DNA from: Minisyncoccota bacterium
Lineage (GTDB): Bacteria; Patescibacteriota; Minisyncoccia; Phycocordibacterales; PALSA-1337
Reading direction: 5' to 3'
Length of the DNA: 59,646 nt
Assembly (NCBI GenBank): GCA_036170235.1
Contig: JAVHOW010000001.1
Coordinates: 1 to 59,646 of the forward strand
Shown here one piece after another: positions 19,305 to 28,412 of the stretch (its first letter is position 1; each line of letters starts with the position of its first letter). The position numbers and the translations under genes were made by a program. The notes beneath the pieces are model-generated. The model did no database searches, was not told the DNA's origin, and saw only the letters and a program-made list of their open reading frames with translations.

Positions 19305-21119
19305 ATGTCATTTATTGGTAAATTATTTGGAAAAAAGGACGAGCAATCACCGATTGTTTCTATTTTGCCTGAAGAAATATATCAGGCTGGTATTCTCGAA
19401 CTCAAAGATGTTATTTCACCATCCGCGCTCAAGATTAGTCCAAAGGATTTGAACTTGGGTGAAAAAGTCGGCAGAACACTATTCGTTATTTCATATCCGC
19501 GCTTTTTAGATGAAAGTTGGTTCGCTCCTATTATAAATTTGGATAAGATTTTCAATATTTCCATATTCATTCATCCTATTGATACTGCCAAGATTCTCCG
19601 CCATTTCCAAAAGAAAGTTGCTGAAGTCCAGAGTCAGATCTCGCGCAGGGAAGACAAAGGGTTGGTTCGTGACCCAGCACTAGATACTGCCTATCAAGAC
19701 CTTGAGCAACTCCGCGATCAGCTCATGCAGGCACAGGAACACTTGTTTGATGTTGGTGTATATATAACTCTCTTTGCTGATTCTGAAAATGAACTAGATA
19801 AACTAGAGTCTGAGATCAAATCCATCCTCGAGTCAAAGCTTATCTACGTAAAACCTGCTCTTTTCCAACAAGAACAAGGTTTCAAATCAGTCATTCCGAT
19901 TGCTGACGACCAGTTAGCTGTGCACTCCAAACTCAATTCTTCACCTCTGTCATCACTTTTTCCATTCGTGTCATTTGACCTAACTTCTGACAAAGGTATC
20001 TTGTATGGTATCAACCGTCACAATTCCTCACTCGTGCTTTTTGATAGATTCTCCTTGGAAAACTACAACTCCGTAACATTCGCCACCGCTGGTGCAGGAA
20101 AATCTTATAATACAAAGTTGGAAATCCTTCGTACTTTGATGTTTGATACGGATGTCATTGTTATTGACCCAGAAAAAGAATACGAATACATGGCCGAAGC
20201 CACTGGAGGGAAGTACTTCAACATCTCACTCAATTCCGAACACCATATCAATCCTTTTGATCTACCAATACCTCGTGAAGATGAGTCGGCGGCGGATGTT
20301 TTGCGATCAAATATCATCAACTTGGTGGGATTATTCCGCATCATGCTTGGAGGAATTACCCAAGAAGAAGACGCTATTATTGACCGAGCTATCAGCGAGA
20401 CTTATGCTTTGAAAGATATCACTCCTGAAGCGGATTTCCGTACTGTTGAACCACCACTTTTGTCCGATTTTGAACTAGTTTTGGCAGGAATGGAAGGTGG
20501 TGACTCACTCGTTCAGCGTCTTTCCAAATATACCAAAGGAACTTGGGCTGGATTCATCAACAGACCATCCAATGTGGATATCAACAAGAAATTCGTTGTG
20601 TTCTCACTGCGTGACATGGAAGATGAGTTGAAACCAGTCGCCATGTATATAGTCACGCACTATATCTGGAATGCTATCCGTAAAAATCTTAAGAAGCGTC
20701 TCCTGGTTATTGATGAGGCGTGGTGGATGATGAAATCAGAAGACACTGCTTCGTTCTTGTTCAGTTTGGCAAAACGTGGTCGTAAATATTTTCTTGGACT
20801 TTCAACGATCACCCAAGACGTGGATGATTTCTTGAATTCTCCTTATGGTCTGCCAATTGTGACAAACTCATCCATACAAATACTTTTGAAACAATCTCCA
20901 ACGGTTATTGACCATATTCAAAAAACATTCAATCTCACAGATGAAGAAAAGTATCTATTGCTCGAGTCAGACGTTGGTGAAGGTATATTCTTTGTTGGTT
21001 TGAAACATGTGGCTATAAAAGTGGTTGGATCATATACGGAAGACCAGATCATTACAACCAACCCTGCACAAGTTATGCAAATGCAACAAGCGAAAAAGGA
21101 GTTAGAGGCGGCGGGGTAG
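19305..21119 (+). CDS. virB4: VirB4/TraE-class type IV secretion ATPase
   Basis: Walker A FATAGAGKSY, Walker B RLLVIDEAWWMM, ..GLSTITQDVDDF.. and the N-terminal ..GRTLFVISYPRFLDESWF.. domain typical of VirB4. Confidence 0.85.
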   Translation: MSFIGKLFGKKDEQSPIVSILPEEIYQAGILELKDVISPSALKISPKDLNLGEKVGRTLFVISYPRFLDESWFAPIINLDKIFNISIFIHPIDTAKILRHFQKKVAEVQSQISRREDKGLVRDPALDTAYQDLEQLRDQLMQAQEHLFDVGVYITLFADSENELDKLESEIKSILESKLIYVKPALFQQEQGFKSVIPIADDQLAVHSKLNSSPLSSLFPFVSFDLTSDKGILYGINRHNSSLVLFDRFSLENYNSVTFATAGAGKSYNTKLEILRTLMFDTDVIVIDPEKEYEYMAEATGGKYFNISLNSEHHINPFDLPIPREDESAADVLRSNIINLVGLFRIMLGGITQEEDAIIDRAISETYALKDITPEADFRTVEPPLLSDFELVLAGMEGGDSLVQRLSKYTKGTWAGFINRPSNVDINKKFVVFSLRDMEDELKPVAMYIVTHYIWNAIRKNLKKRLLVIDEAWWMMKSEDTASFLFSLAKRGRKYFLGLSTITQDVDDFLNSPYGLPIVTNSSIQILLKQSPTVIDHIQKTFNLTDEEKYLLLESDVGEGIFFVGLKHVAIKVVGSYTEDQIITTNPAQVMQMQQAKKELEAAG

Positions 21120-21124
21120 TATTC

Positions 21125-21133
21125 TGTTATAAT
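21125..21133 (+). promoter_or_regulatory. Extended -10 (TGTTATAAT) 6 nt upstream of the ATG at 21140
   Basis: Perfect TGnTATAAT; leaderless-type spacing. Confidence 0.5.
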
Positions 21134-21139
21134 TAACTT

Positions 21140-21616
21140 ATGGCTAAAAAAAGTAATTTACGGTGGTTTGTTTTATATGGATTCGCTATTACTGTTGACG
21201 CTATTCAACTTATAATTACTTTCACTGGTATTGGCATCTTCGTAAGTGAAGTCATGGAAGTCATCACCGGACCTATTCTGATAGGACTTTTTACATTATT
21301 TAAAATCTCCATCATTACAAAACCAAAAAGAATCGCCTCTTTACTTGGTCTCGCTTTTGGTGATGCAATAACTGGTGGAATGGCTCCTTTCTGGGTTGTC
21401 GATGTATGGTACATTCAGCGTGACGTGAAAAAAGAAGAGGCTGCAGAACAAGCTCAACAGGAGCAAGAAATGATGCTGAATAATGCAGTTCGTCAGCCAT
21501 TGTATAAAGATGGTGCCCGACAACCAACAAAATCAGACCAAGGAAATACAGATGTTGGTGCTCGTAATAGAGGTGGCATACGCGCTCCAAACGGAGCAAT
21601 ACTTAAAAATAGTTAA
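21140..21616 (+). CDS. Small multi-pass membrane protein, unknown function (T4SS-like block)
   Basis: 158 codons, 3-4 hydrophobic helices then a charged tail. Confidence 0.55.
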   Translation: MAKKSNLRWFVLYGFAITVDAIQLIITFTGIGIFVSEVMEVITGPILIGLFTLFKISIITKPKRIASLLGLAFGDAITGGMAPFWVVDVWYIQRDVKKEEAAEQAQQEQEMMLNNAVRQPLYKDGARQPTKSDQGNTDVGARNRGGIRAPNGAILKNS

Positions 21617-21618
21617 TG

Positions 21619-21627
21619 TGGTAAAAT
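21619..21627 (+). promoter_or_regulatory. Extended -10 (TGGTAAAAT) 7 nt upstream of the ATG at 21635
   Basis: TGnTAnnnT match at leaderless-type spacing. Confidence 0.45.
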
Positions 21628-21634
21628 AATACCA

Positions 21635-22660
21635 ATGAAATATCGTTTTCTATTATCTTTTATAATCGCTTTCTGCTTCTTTGCTTCAAACGCCTCCGCG
21701 CAAATACCTAGTTCTGCTGGAGGACTTGACCTTTCCGCTTCAACTGACAATCCAGTCCCTGGTCAAACAGTTACTATTACCGCTAGAAGTTATAGTCTTG
21801 ATATAAATAGTGCCAAAGTTACTTGGGTAGTAAATGGTACTACAGCACAAAATGCCGTAGGCGCGACTGTTTTGGAAGTCAAAGCACCAGTTTTAGGTAA
21901 AACACTTTTGATAAAAGTTGTAGCCCTAACACCCGAAGGGAGGACTGATGTTGGGACTATAACGATCGGCTCCGGTTCAGTTGATTTGATTTTTGAAACA
22001 GATGGCTACACATCTCCTTTTTTCAAAGGTAAAATTTCTCCGGTGTATCAAAATGCAGTGAATATTATCGCGATACCACATCTAGCAAACGCAAATGGGT
22101 TGGAATACGACCCAAAAACACTCATTTATCAATGGAAAAAGAATAGTCGTGCAATTGAAGATCAATCTGGATATGGTAAGCAGTCGATCACGCTTGTTGG
22201 TGACATTGTGCCACGACCATACGAAATAAGTGTTGATGTTTGGCCACGCGATGACAGCACTCACGCCCAAGGTATGAGTGAAGTTGATGTGGCTGGACCT
22301 AGTATTAATTTTTATGTTGATGATCCGTTGTATGGACCTTTGTTCAATAGGGCAATAGATACTATAGTCCGCATTGGCTCACAAAAAGAAACGACTGTGC
22401 TCGCTGTTCCTTTTGGTTTCAACAAATCACCGAGCGGTACAGGAAACCTCTCATGGTCGTGGTCAATCAACGATTCCATACGCAGTGAACTTTCTTCAAA
22501 TGAGTCGGTAATTCTCCGTGCCCCGGACAATTCAGCTGGATCCTCAAATATACAGCTTAATATTATAAATACTGATAAAATACTACAGGGTGCGAGTACG
22601 GGATTCTCGGCGACATTCAGTGCGGAGAAATCAAGTACTGCTGATCAACTAACTTTTTAA
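21635..22660 (+). CDS. Secreted protein, unknown function (T4SS-like block)
   Basis: Cleavable-looking signal peptide (LLSFIIAFCFFASNASAQ). Beta-rich composition. Confidence 0.6.
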   Translation: MKYRFLLSFIIAFCFFASNASAQIPSSAGGLDLSASTDNPVPGQTVTITARSYSLDINSAKVTWVVNGTTAQNAVGATVLEVKAPVLGKTLLIKVVALTPEGRTDVGTITIGSGSVDLIFETDGYTSPFFKGKISPVYQNAVNIIAIPHLANANGLEYDPKTLIYQWKKNSRAIEDQSGYGKQSITLVGDIVPRPYEISVDVWPRDDSTHAQGMSEVDVAGPSINFYVDDPLYGPLFNRAIDTIVRIGSQKETTVLAVPFGFNKSPSGTGNLSWSWSINDSIRSELSSNESVILRAPDNSAGSSNIQLNIINTDKILQGASTGFSATFSAEKSSTADQLTF

Positions 22661-22666
22661 GTTTAT

Positions 22667-23941
22667 ATGAATAAAATTTTTAAAAAAATGTGGTTTAATA
22701 AAAAAATACGCCGAATAATGCAGGTCTTTATTGTTTGTGTTTTCGTAGTAACACTGTCACCGAAATTATATGCCCAAACCGCAACAACCACAGTATCTGC
22801 AGGAACCGTTAATTCAGTAGGTTATACATTGCTCGAGCCTTTACCTTGTATTCCGGGTGATACACCAAAAGGAGTTACTCCTTGTACAGCAGGTACTCCA
22901 ATAACATCGCCTGATTTCTCAACTTATGTTCAATACATGTTCAATCTTTTAATAGCACTAGCCGCTGTCTCTGCGGTTTTCATGATTGTTTGGGGTGGTT
23001 TTGAGTATATGACGTCCGAGGCACCAGGAGTGAAGTCGGATGGTTTAAAGAAGGTACAAAATGCCATTTCTGGTCTGCTATTAGTGTTGAGTTCATTTTT
23101 AATTTTAAGGACACTTGATCCACGGTTGGTAGATATACCGAGCACGTTGGTAGCGCCGTTGGAACTTAAATGTCCGACGAATCCAAGTATCCCCTTGTCT
23201 GATAAGAACTGTAAAAATTATGTGACAGATTTTTTTGGACAATTAGCAAGTGAGGCTGACAATTATAAAGTGAATAACCAACAAGCACTTGCAAATATAG
23301 CTGCCGCAAAGAAAATAGAAGATGGATTGCTATTGAAAAAATCCGATCTTGAAAAACAATTGCAAAATGCCATAAAAAATAATGACCAAAAACAGATTGA
23401 TAGTATAAACGTACAAATAGCAAATACAACAAGCAATCTGGGTGACAATCGAGCTAAAATACAAACTGAGGAAGCGATAAGTATATTTAATTATACATTA
23501 ACATCATTGGCGACAAATGCAGACCAAAATCTGTTAAGTGAAACAAATAAGTTGCTACTACCTGATGGTGGTGCCAACGTAAGAAAAAGTAGTCTGGATA
23601 CCATAAGCGGCGCTACTAAAACAATATATGACACATACAAGAGCACTTATACTAAAATAAATGATCCACAAAACCCACAAACACCGCAATATATTAGTAA
23701 TTTGATAGCAAGTGGAGACGACGCTCTTTTAAAAGCTGCACAAATATATGCTGAAACATATACAGCAAACAAACCAGCAAGTATACCAGACACACAAGAT
23801 GGTGTACTTAATATATTAAAATATAAAAATTCTTTTGCATTAACTGACCCCACAAAAAATGGACAGAAAAATGAACTTCTATTAAATTTATGCAAACAAG
23901 AAGTGAGCTCAATAAGTCAAGATCCAAACTTATGCAAATAA
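22667..23941 (+). CDS. T4SS-pilin-like protein (N-terminal pilin-type domain plus long coiled-coil extension)
   Basis: Signal/anchor, then ..LLEPLPCIPG..FSTYVQYMFNLLIALAAVSAVFMIVWGGFEYMTSEAPGVK..AISGLLLVLSSFLILRTL. This is the two-helix pattern of the VirB2/TrbC-like 'T4SS pilin' domain common in CPR and Gram-positive systems. Confidence 0.55.
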   Translation: MNKIFKKMWFNKKIRRIMQVFIVCVFVVTLSPKLYAQTATTTVSAGTVNSVGYTLLEPLPCIPGDTPKGVTPCTAGTPITSPDFSTYVQYMFNLLIALAAVSAVFMIVWGGFEYMTSEAPGVKSDGLKKVQNAISGLLLVLSSFLILRTLDPRLVDIPSTLVAPLELKCPTNPSIPLSDKNCKNYVTDFFGQLASEADNYKVNNQQALANIAAAKKIEDGLLLKKSDLEKQLQNAIKNNDQKQIDSINVQIANTTSNLGDNRAKIQTEEAISIFNYTLTSLATNADQNLLSETNKLLLPDGGANVRKSSLDTISGATKTIYDTYKSTYTKINDPQNPQTPQYISNLIASGDDALLKAAQIYAETYTANKPASIPDTQDGVLNILKYKNSFALTDPTKNGQKNELLLNLCKQEVSSISQDPNLCK

Positions 23942-23993
23942 AAACGTACTTGCAAGATTACAGAGGCACTTTTACTCTTAAACAAAATAACCT

Positions 23994-25397
23994 ATGAAAA
24001 AAGGATCTGTAATAATATACTCGATAATAATCCTCCTCATCCTCGCCGCCCTTGCGTACTGGCAATTTTTCTTGCGTAACAATTCAAACGCACCAGCAAC
24101 CCCTGACACCCCCCAAACCGGTTTCACCCCATTCGGTAGACCATCAACAGGTACAGTGGTGCCTAGCGGCAACGAAAATAATAACAATAACGGAGATGCG
24201 ACCTCGACGACAACAGGGGTAAAGATTAAGATTCCAACCCTTCGCCTTTTGAGCAACACACCAGTCGGGGGATATGGCGCTAGCACAACTGAAACAATCA
24301 CAATAAAGGCAACTAAACTGGCGAGTTCGACTCAAATATTAGGTACGACACATATTCGGTGGGTGGATCGGGGGAGGGGAAATATTTACGAGGCGCTAGG
24401 GAATACCTTGGACATAGTGACATTATCGAACACAGTTGTTCCAAAGATATACGAAAGTGTTTGGGATAAAAATTTGACTTCATTTGTAGCTTTGACGTTT
24501 TCAGACCAAGATAATACGATAAACGGGGTACTTGCGGAACTGAAAAGTCGTGTGATGCCTAAAATTGTAACTTCAAAAAATTCCACAAGTACCACACCAG
24601 CTTCACAAGCAAACCAGACGCAATCTCAATCACAAACTAATAGTACTGGTACTGGCTCACTCACACCTTACGAACTAAAAGGAAAGAGTTTGCCTGATAA
24701 TATTATTGGATATGCTGTTTCACCAAAGAAAGACCGTATTTTCATGATGATCAACAACAATGGCACTGGAGTAGGGTATACATCCAATTTTAACGGAACC
24801 TCTCCTGTCCAAATATTCACCACGCCGCTCACACAAGTAAATGTTGAATGGCCATCAGATAATGTGATTGCCATAACTACAAAAGGTGCGGCTGATCAGC
24901 GCGGTTTTCTCTATTTTGTTGATCCAAAAACAGGTGTTTGGAATAAAATTCTCGGTCCACTCCCTGGTTTGAGTACCAAAGTAAGTACAGATGCAAAATA
25001 CGTCTTTATTTCAGCCGCAGGTAATGCTGATAATATAGTCACGAGTATATACAATGTAGCTACTCGCAAAGGAACTGATGGAATCATTCGCACTCTGGCA
25101 GACAAATGTGTCTGGGGTAATTTTTATAAAGACATGGTGTACTGTGCCGTACCATCTCAACCAGTTAAAGCAGTATATCCTGATGATTGGTACAAAGGCA
25201 CGATTTCTCTTATAGATAAAATCTGGCAATCTAATGCCACAACAGGGGAGATCAAGCTCATTTCTTCAATCGTCGATACATCTGATCGTGTCATTGACGC
25301 TTTCAATTTGGGTCTAGATCCAAAAGATAACTTCCTTATCTTCATGAATAAAAATGATTTGTCACTATGGTCACTTGATTTAGTCTCTGGGAATTAA
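23994..25397 (+). CDS. Membrane-anchored protein with Asn/Thr-rich linker and beta-propeller-like ectodomain
   Basis: N-terminal TM (VIIYSIIILLILAALAYWQFF), low-complexity linker, repeated beta-strand-rich C-terminus. Last gene of the block. Confidence 0.55.
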   Translation: MKKGSVIIYSIIILLILAALAYWQFFLRNNSNAPATPDTPQTGFTPFGRPSTGTVVPSGNENNNNNGDATSTTTGVKIKIPTLRLLSNTPVGGYGASTTETITIKATKLASSTQILGTTHIRWVDRGRGNIYEALGNTLDIVTLSNTVVPKIYESVWDKNLTSFVALTFSDQDNTINGVLAELKSRVMPKIVTSKNSTSTTPASQANQTQSQSQTNSTGTGSLTPYELKGKSLPDNIIGYAVSPKKDRIFMMINNNGTGVGYTSNFNGTSPVQIFTTPLTQVNVEWPSDNVIAITTKGAADQRGFLYFVDPKTGVWNKILGPLPGLSTKVSTDAKYVFISAAGNADNIVTSIYNVATRKGTDGIIRTLADKCVWGNFYKDMVYCAVPSQPVKAVYPDDWYKGTISLIDKIWQSNATTGEIKLISSIVDTSDRVIDAFNLGLDPKDNFLIFMNKNDLSLWSLDLVSGN

Positions 25398-25439
25398 GAG
25401 GCGCCACCACATTAAAAACCACTGCGTGTGCGGTGTGTT

Positions 25440-26174
25440 TTACTTCAAATGCTTTTTCCTAATATAAAGTTCCTGCCCCAAAGTAAATAAAGTGCTCACT
25501 GTCCAATAAATAGCGATTATCGAAGCCGCTTGAGGAAATTGTGAAGGGATAATCCAGTACGTTGAAGCAAAAGCTAAAAGTGGTAGTAAAACTTTCATTT
25601 GTTTACCCATGGAACCAGATAATTGTGAGGCAAAATCACTACCAATTGGCGTATTGGTAGCTGGTTTTTGTGTAGCCAAAGAGTAGTGAAGTTGAAAATA
25701 CTGAGCAACCCCAGTAATGAGCGAAAGCACAAGACTTTTTTGTGTCAGGTCAATCAGGCCAAGGAAATGTGTTTTTACGATAGGAACTGAAATAAAACTA
25801 TATAGATATTCAGGATGTATGGTAGGTATAATCTTATAAAATACAGAAATCAAAGCAAGAAGAATAGGTAATTGAATAATGAGTAGTAAAACTCCAGAAA
25901 AAGGTTTTATGCCTTTCTCTTTATACAAAGCCATGATTTTTAGTGTTTGTGTTTGGCGATCTGTTGCATATTGAGCTTTTATCTTGTTCGCCTCTGGTTC
26001 GATAGCTTTCATGCGAACCTGGGTCAATAGGGAGGCTTTGGATAGTGGAAATAATATAAACTTAACAATAATAGTGAATATGATAACGGCAATACCAACG
26101 TCAATCCATGGAATGACGTCCATAATGCCAACAAGGCCGTTGTAGAGTGGGCGAAATATGATTTCGTTATACAT
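25440..26174 (-). CDS. yidC: Membrane protein insertase YidC (short Oxa1-like form)
   Basis: 5-TM architecture, ..FPLSKASL..MKAIEPE..IKAQY motif, conserved synteny downstream of rnpA. Confidence 0.88.
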   Translation of the reverse strand: MYNEIIFRPLYNGLVGIMDVIPWIDVGIAVIIFTIIVKFILFPLSKASLLTQVRMKAIEPEANKIKAQYATDRQTQTLKIMALYKEKGIKPFSGVLLLIIQLPILLALISVFYKIIPTIHPEYLYSFISVPIVKTHFLGLIDLTQKSLVLSLITGVAQYFQLHYSLATQKPATNTPIGSDFASQLSGSMGKQMKVLLPLLAFASTYWIIPSQFPQAASIIAIYWTVSTLFTLGQELYIRKKHLK

Positions 26175-26205
26175 AAATAATTGCTAGTTCAACAATTCAA
26201 TAATA

Positions 26206-26556
26206 CTAGCGCATAATCCCAGCTTTAACAAAGAGAGTTTTGAGGTCTGTTTCTGTTTCAGTTCTATCTGCTTTTAGTAAAGGCAGTTTTGCTAAAACTA
26301 ATACATGAACTCCTTTAATCATTGTTGAATTATTTGGTGCTTTTTGAATATTTCGCAACACCTCATATACACTCCTTCTAATTTTATTTCTAATAACAGC
26401 TTTTTTAAAAATCTTTTGTGGAGCCACTGCCGCAATCCTTGTATCGATTTGGCCACCAAGTATACGTGCAAGAAAAAGGGAAGAGTGGGCAATCTTCCCT
26501 TTTTCCATAACAGAGTTAAATTGTTCAACAGAAAGTCTCTGTGAACGAGAAAGCAT
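26206..26556 (-). CDS. rnpA: RNase P protein component
   Basis: AVIRNKIRRSVYE (RNR motif), size and synteny rpmH-rnpA-yidC. Start set to ATG 26556 (Met14 of the ORF-track product) so it no longer overlaps rpmH. Confidence 0.85.
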   Translation of the reverse strand: MLSRSQRLSVEQFNSVMEKGKIAHSSLFLARILGGQIDTRIAAVAPQKIFKKAVIRNKIRRSVYEVLRNIQKAPNNSTMIKGVHVLVLAKLPLLKADRTETETDLKTLFVKAGIMR

Positions 26557-26563
26557 ATATGTA

Positions 26564-26698
26564 TTATACAGCAACGCGCTTGCGACCTTTGGCACGACGA
26601 CGTGCTAGAACCTTGCGTCCCGATGTTGTCTTCATGCGTACACGAAATCCGTGGGACTTTGCGCGCTTACGTTTCTTTGGTTTGTATGTGAATGACAT
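26564..26698 (-). CDS. rpmH: 50S ribosomal protein L34
   Basis: Not in the ORF track (44 aa). Reverse-strand translation gives [44 protein letters not shown]-stop. Confidence 0.95.
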   Translation of the reverse strand: MSFTYKPKKRKRAKSHGFRVRMKTTSGRKVLARRRAKGRKRVAV

Positions 26699-26736
26699 AG
26701 TTCACATACTATTACATATTTTAAGACGTACATCAA

Positions 26737-26775
26737 CTATCCACAACTTATCAACATAATTTTTCGTTCTCCACA
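26737..26775. promoter_or_regulatory. DnaA-box cluster upstream of dnaA
   Basis: CTATCCACA (26737-26745), TTATCAACA (26748-26756) and TTCTCCACA (26767-26775), each 1-2 mismatches from TTATCCACA. Confidence 0.6.
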
Positions 26776-26822
26776 AGTTTGCAAAATTATAAACAGGTAT
26801 ATACTTAGAGCTACCAAACCCT

Positions 26823-28169
26823 ATGAATGATCACCAGAAAATGTGGCAAACAGCTTTAGTAGAAATAGAAAGTGCTGTATCTCAAGCCAACTTTTCAACA
26901 TGGTTCAAAGATATCAAAATACTTCGAGAGGATAGTGGTGTGATATACCTAGGTGTTCCAAACTCATTTACCCATGAATGGCTCCAAAAGAAGTTCCATA
27001 ACTCAATTTTGCGCATTTTACGCCAAATGAGTGAGAATGTTCGTGCTTTGGAGTACGTTATTGTCAAGGAAGATGGTAAAAACACACCACACGTTCGTAA
27101 AGAACAAATTATGGCACCTACTATAGCTATGCCTTTGCAGGATTTTTACATAAATAAAGACGACAATCTAAATCCTCGTTATACTTTCGAAAATCTCGTT
27201 GTTGGTCCATTCAACGAACTAGCTAATGCCGCATCACAAATGGTAGTAAAAAATCCTGGTGGTGTATACAACCCACTCTTCATTTACGGACAGACTGGTC
27301 GTGGCAAAACACACATGATTCAGGCTGTAGGAAACCAAATAAAGAAGTTACACCCAAATAAAAAAGTATTTTATTTGACTTCAGAACGATTTGGTTCAGA
27401 ACTCTTTGCCGCTATACAAGAAGGAAGGGTTCAACTATTCAAAGATAAATATCGAAAATATGATGTGATTATTATGGATGATGTTCAATTTTTCGCTAGC
27501 AAAGAAAAATTCCAAGAGGAATTGTTCCATTTCTTCAACACTTTCCATGATACCGCTAGACAATTGGTATTCTCCGGCGACAAACACCCAAACGCTATAC
27601 CAGGACTTGAGGATCGTCTCAAAGGACGTTTTGGTATGGGTATGATTGTGGATATACCAGAACCTGATCAAGAATCACGCATAATGATTGTTAGAAGTAA
27701 ATGTGGTACACACAACATCACACTTTCGGATGATACTACCAACTACATAGCCTCATCAATAGAAGACAATATCCGTGAAATAGAGGGTATTATCAATGTG
27801 ATTGCTTGCCAGACACAACTCAAAAATCGTGAATTAAACCTCAATGAAATCCGTGGGATCCTTAAAAACAACGTAAAACCAAGAAAAATGATGTCTGTTG
27901 GTGATGTTGTTAAGATTGTTTCTGAATTTTATAACATAGAACAGGAGAGTATATACAACAAAACCAGAAGAAAGGAGGTGGTTAGACCTAGACAAGTGGT
28001 CATGTATATTTTACGTGAGGATTTTGGTATATCTTTTCCATCAATTGGAGAAAAACTTGGTGGGAGAGACCACACAACTGTTATTCACTCGTACGAAAAG
28101 ATGCGCGAAGAGATAAAAACAGATCAGTTGTTATTACAAGAGATAACCCAAGTACGAACTATGTTATAA
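26823..28169 (+). CDS. dnaA: Chromosomal replication initiator DnaA
   Basis: Walker A GQTGRGKTH, Walker B IIMDDVQF, domain IV ..RPRQVVMYILRE..SFPSIGEKLGGRDHTTVIHS. Confidence 0.97.
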   Translation: MNDHQKMWQTALVEIESAVSQANFSTWFKDIKILREDSGVIYLGVPNSFTHEWLQKKFHNSILRILRQMSENVRALEYVIVKEDGKNTPHVRKEQIMAPTIAMPLQDFYINKDDNLNPRYTFENLVVGPFNELANAASQMVVKNPGGVYNPLFIYGQTGRGKTHMIQAVGNQIKKLHPNKKVFYLTSERFGSELFAAIQEGRVQLFKDKYRKYDVIIMDDVQFFASKEKFQEELFHFFNTFHDTARQLVFSGDKHPNAIPGLEDRLKGRFGMGMIVDIPEPDQESRIMIVRSKCGTHNITLSDDTTNYIASSIEDNIREIEGIINVIACQTQLKNRELNLNEIRGILKNNVKPRKMMSVGDVVKIVSEFYNIEQESIYNKTRRKEVVRPRQVVMYILREDFGISFPSIGEKLGGRDHTTVIHSYEKMREEIKTDQLLLQEITQVRTML

Positions 28170-28412
28170 AAACTGTTTATAACACTGTGGAAAAGTTGTA
28201 GATATTAATTGGAGTAGTTGTTAATAAGTTGTTTTAGATAATCAAAAAATTATTAAGGTAATATTAAGAAAATTAGTTGTTAGAAAAAACCACAAGTTAT
28301 TAATTTATAAAGTAGTTAAAGTATCAAGTAAATAATGGTTATAAAAAAGATTTCAACATATCCACAGTTCTAATAATGACTAAGTAATTTATATAAAAAA
28401 TAAAAAACTATT
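28170..28412. other. Probable oriC (dnaA-dnaN intergenic, very AT-rich, DnaA boxes plus TAGTTGTTA repeats)
   Basis: 243 bp without ORF. TGTGGAAAA (28186-28194) and ATATCCACA (28358-28366) in opposite orientation. TAGTTGTTA exact at 28215-28223 and 28274-28282, with AAGTTGT(A/T) variants at 28193 and 28226. A/T tracts near dnaN. Confidence 0.65.

Noticed and set aside
26541-26759. 72-aa + strand ORF between rnpA and dnaA.
   Set aside because: It is the reverse complement of rpmH (L34), whose 44-aa product is unmistakable.
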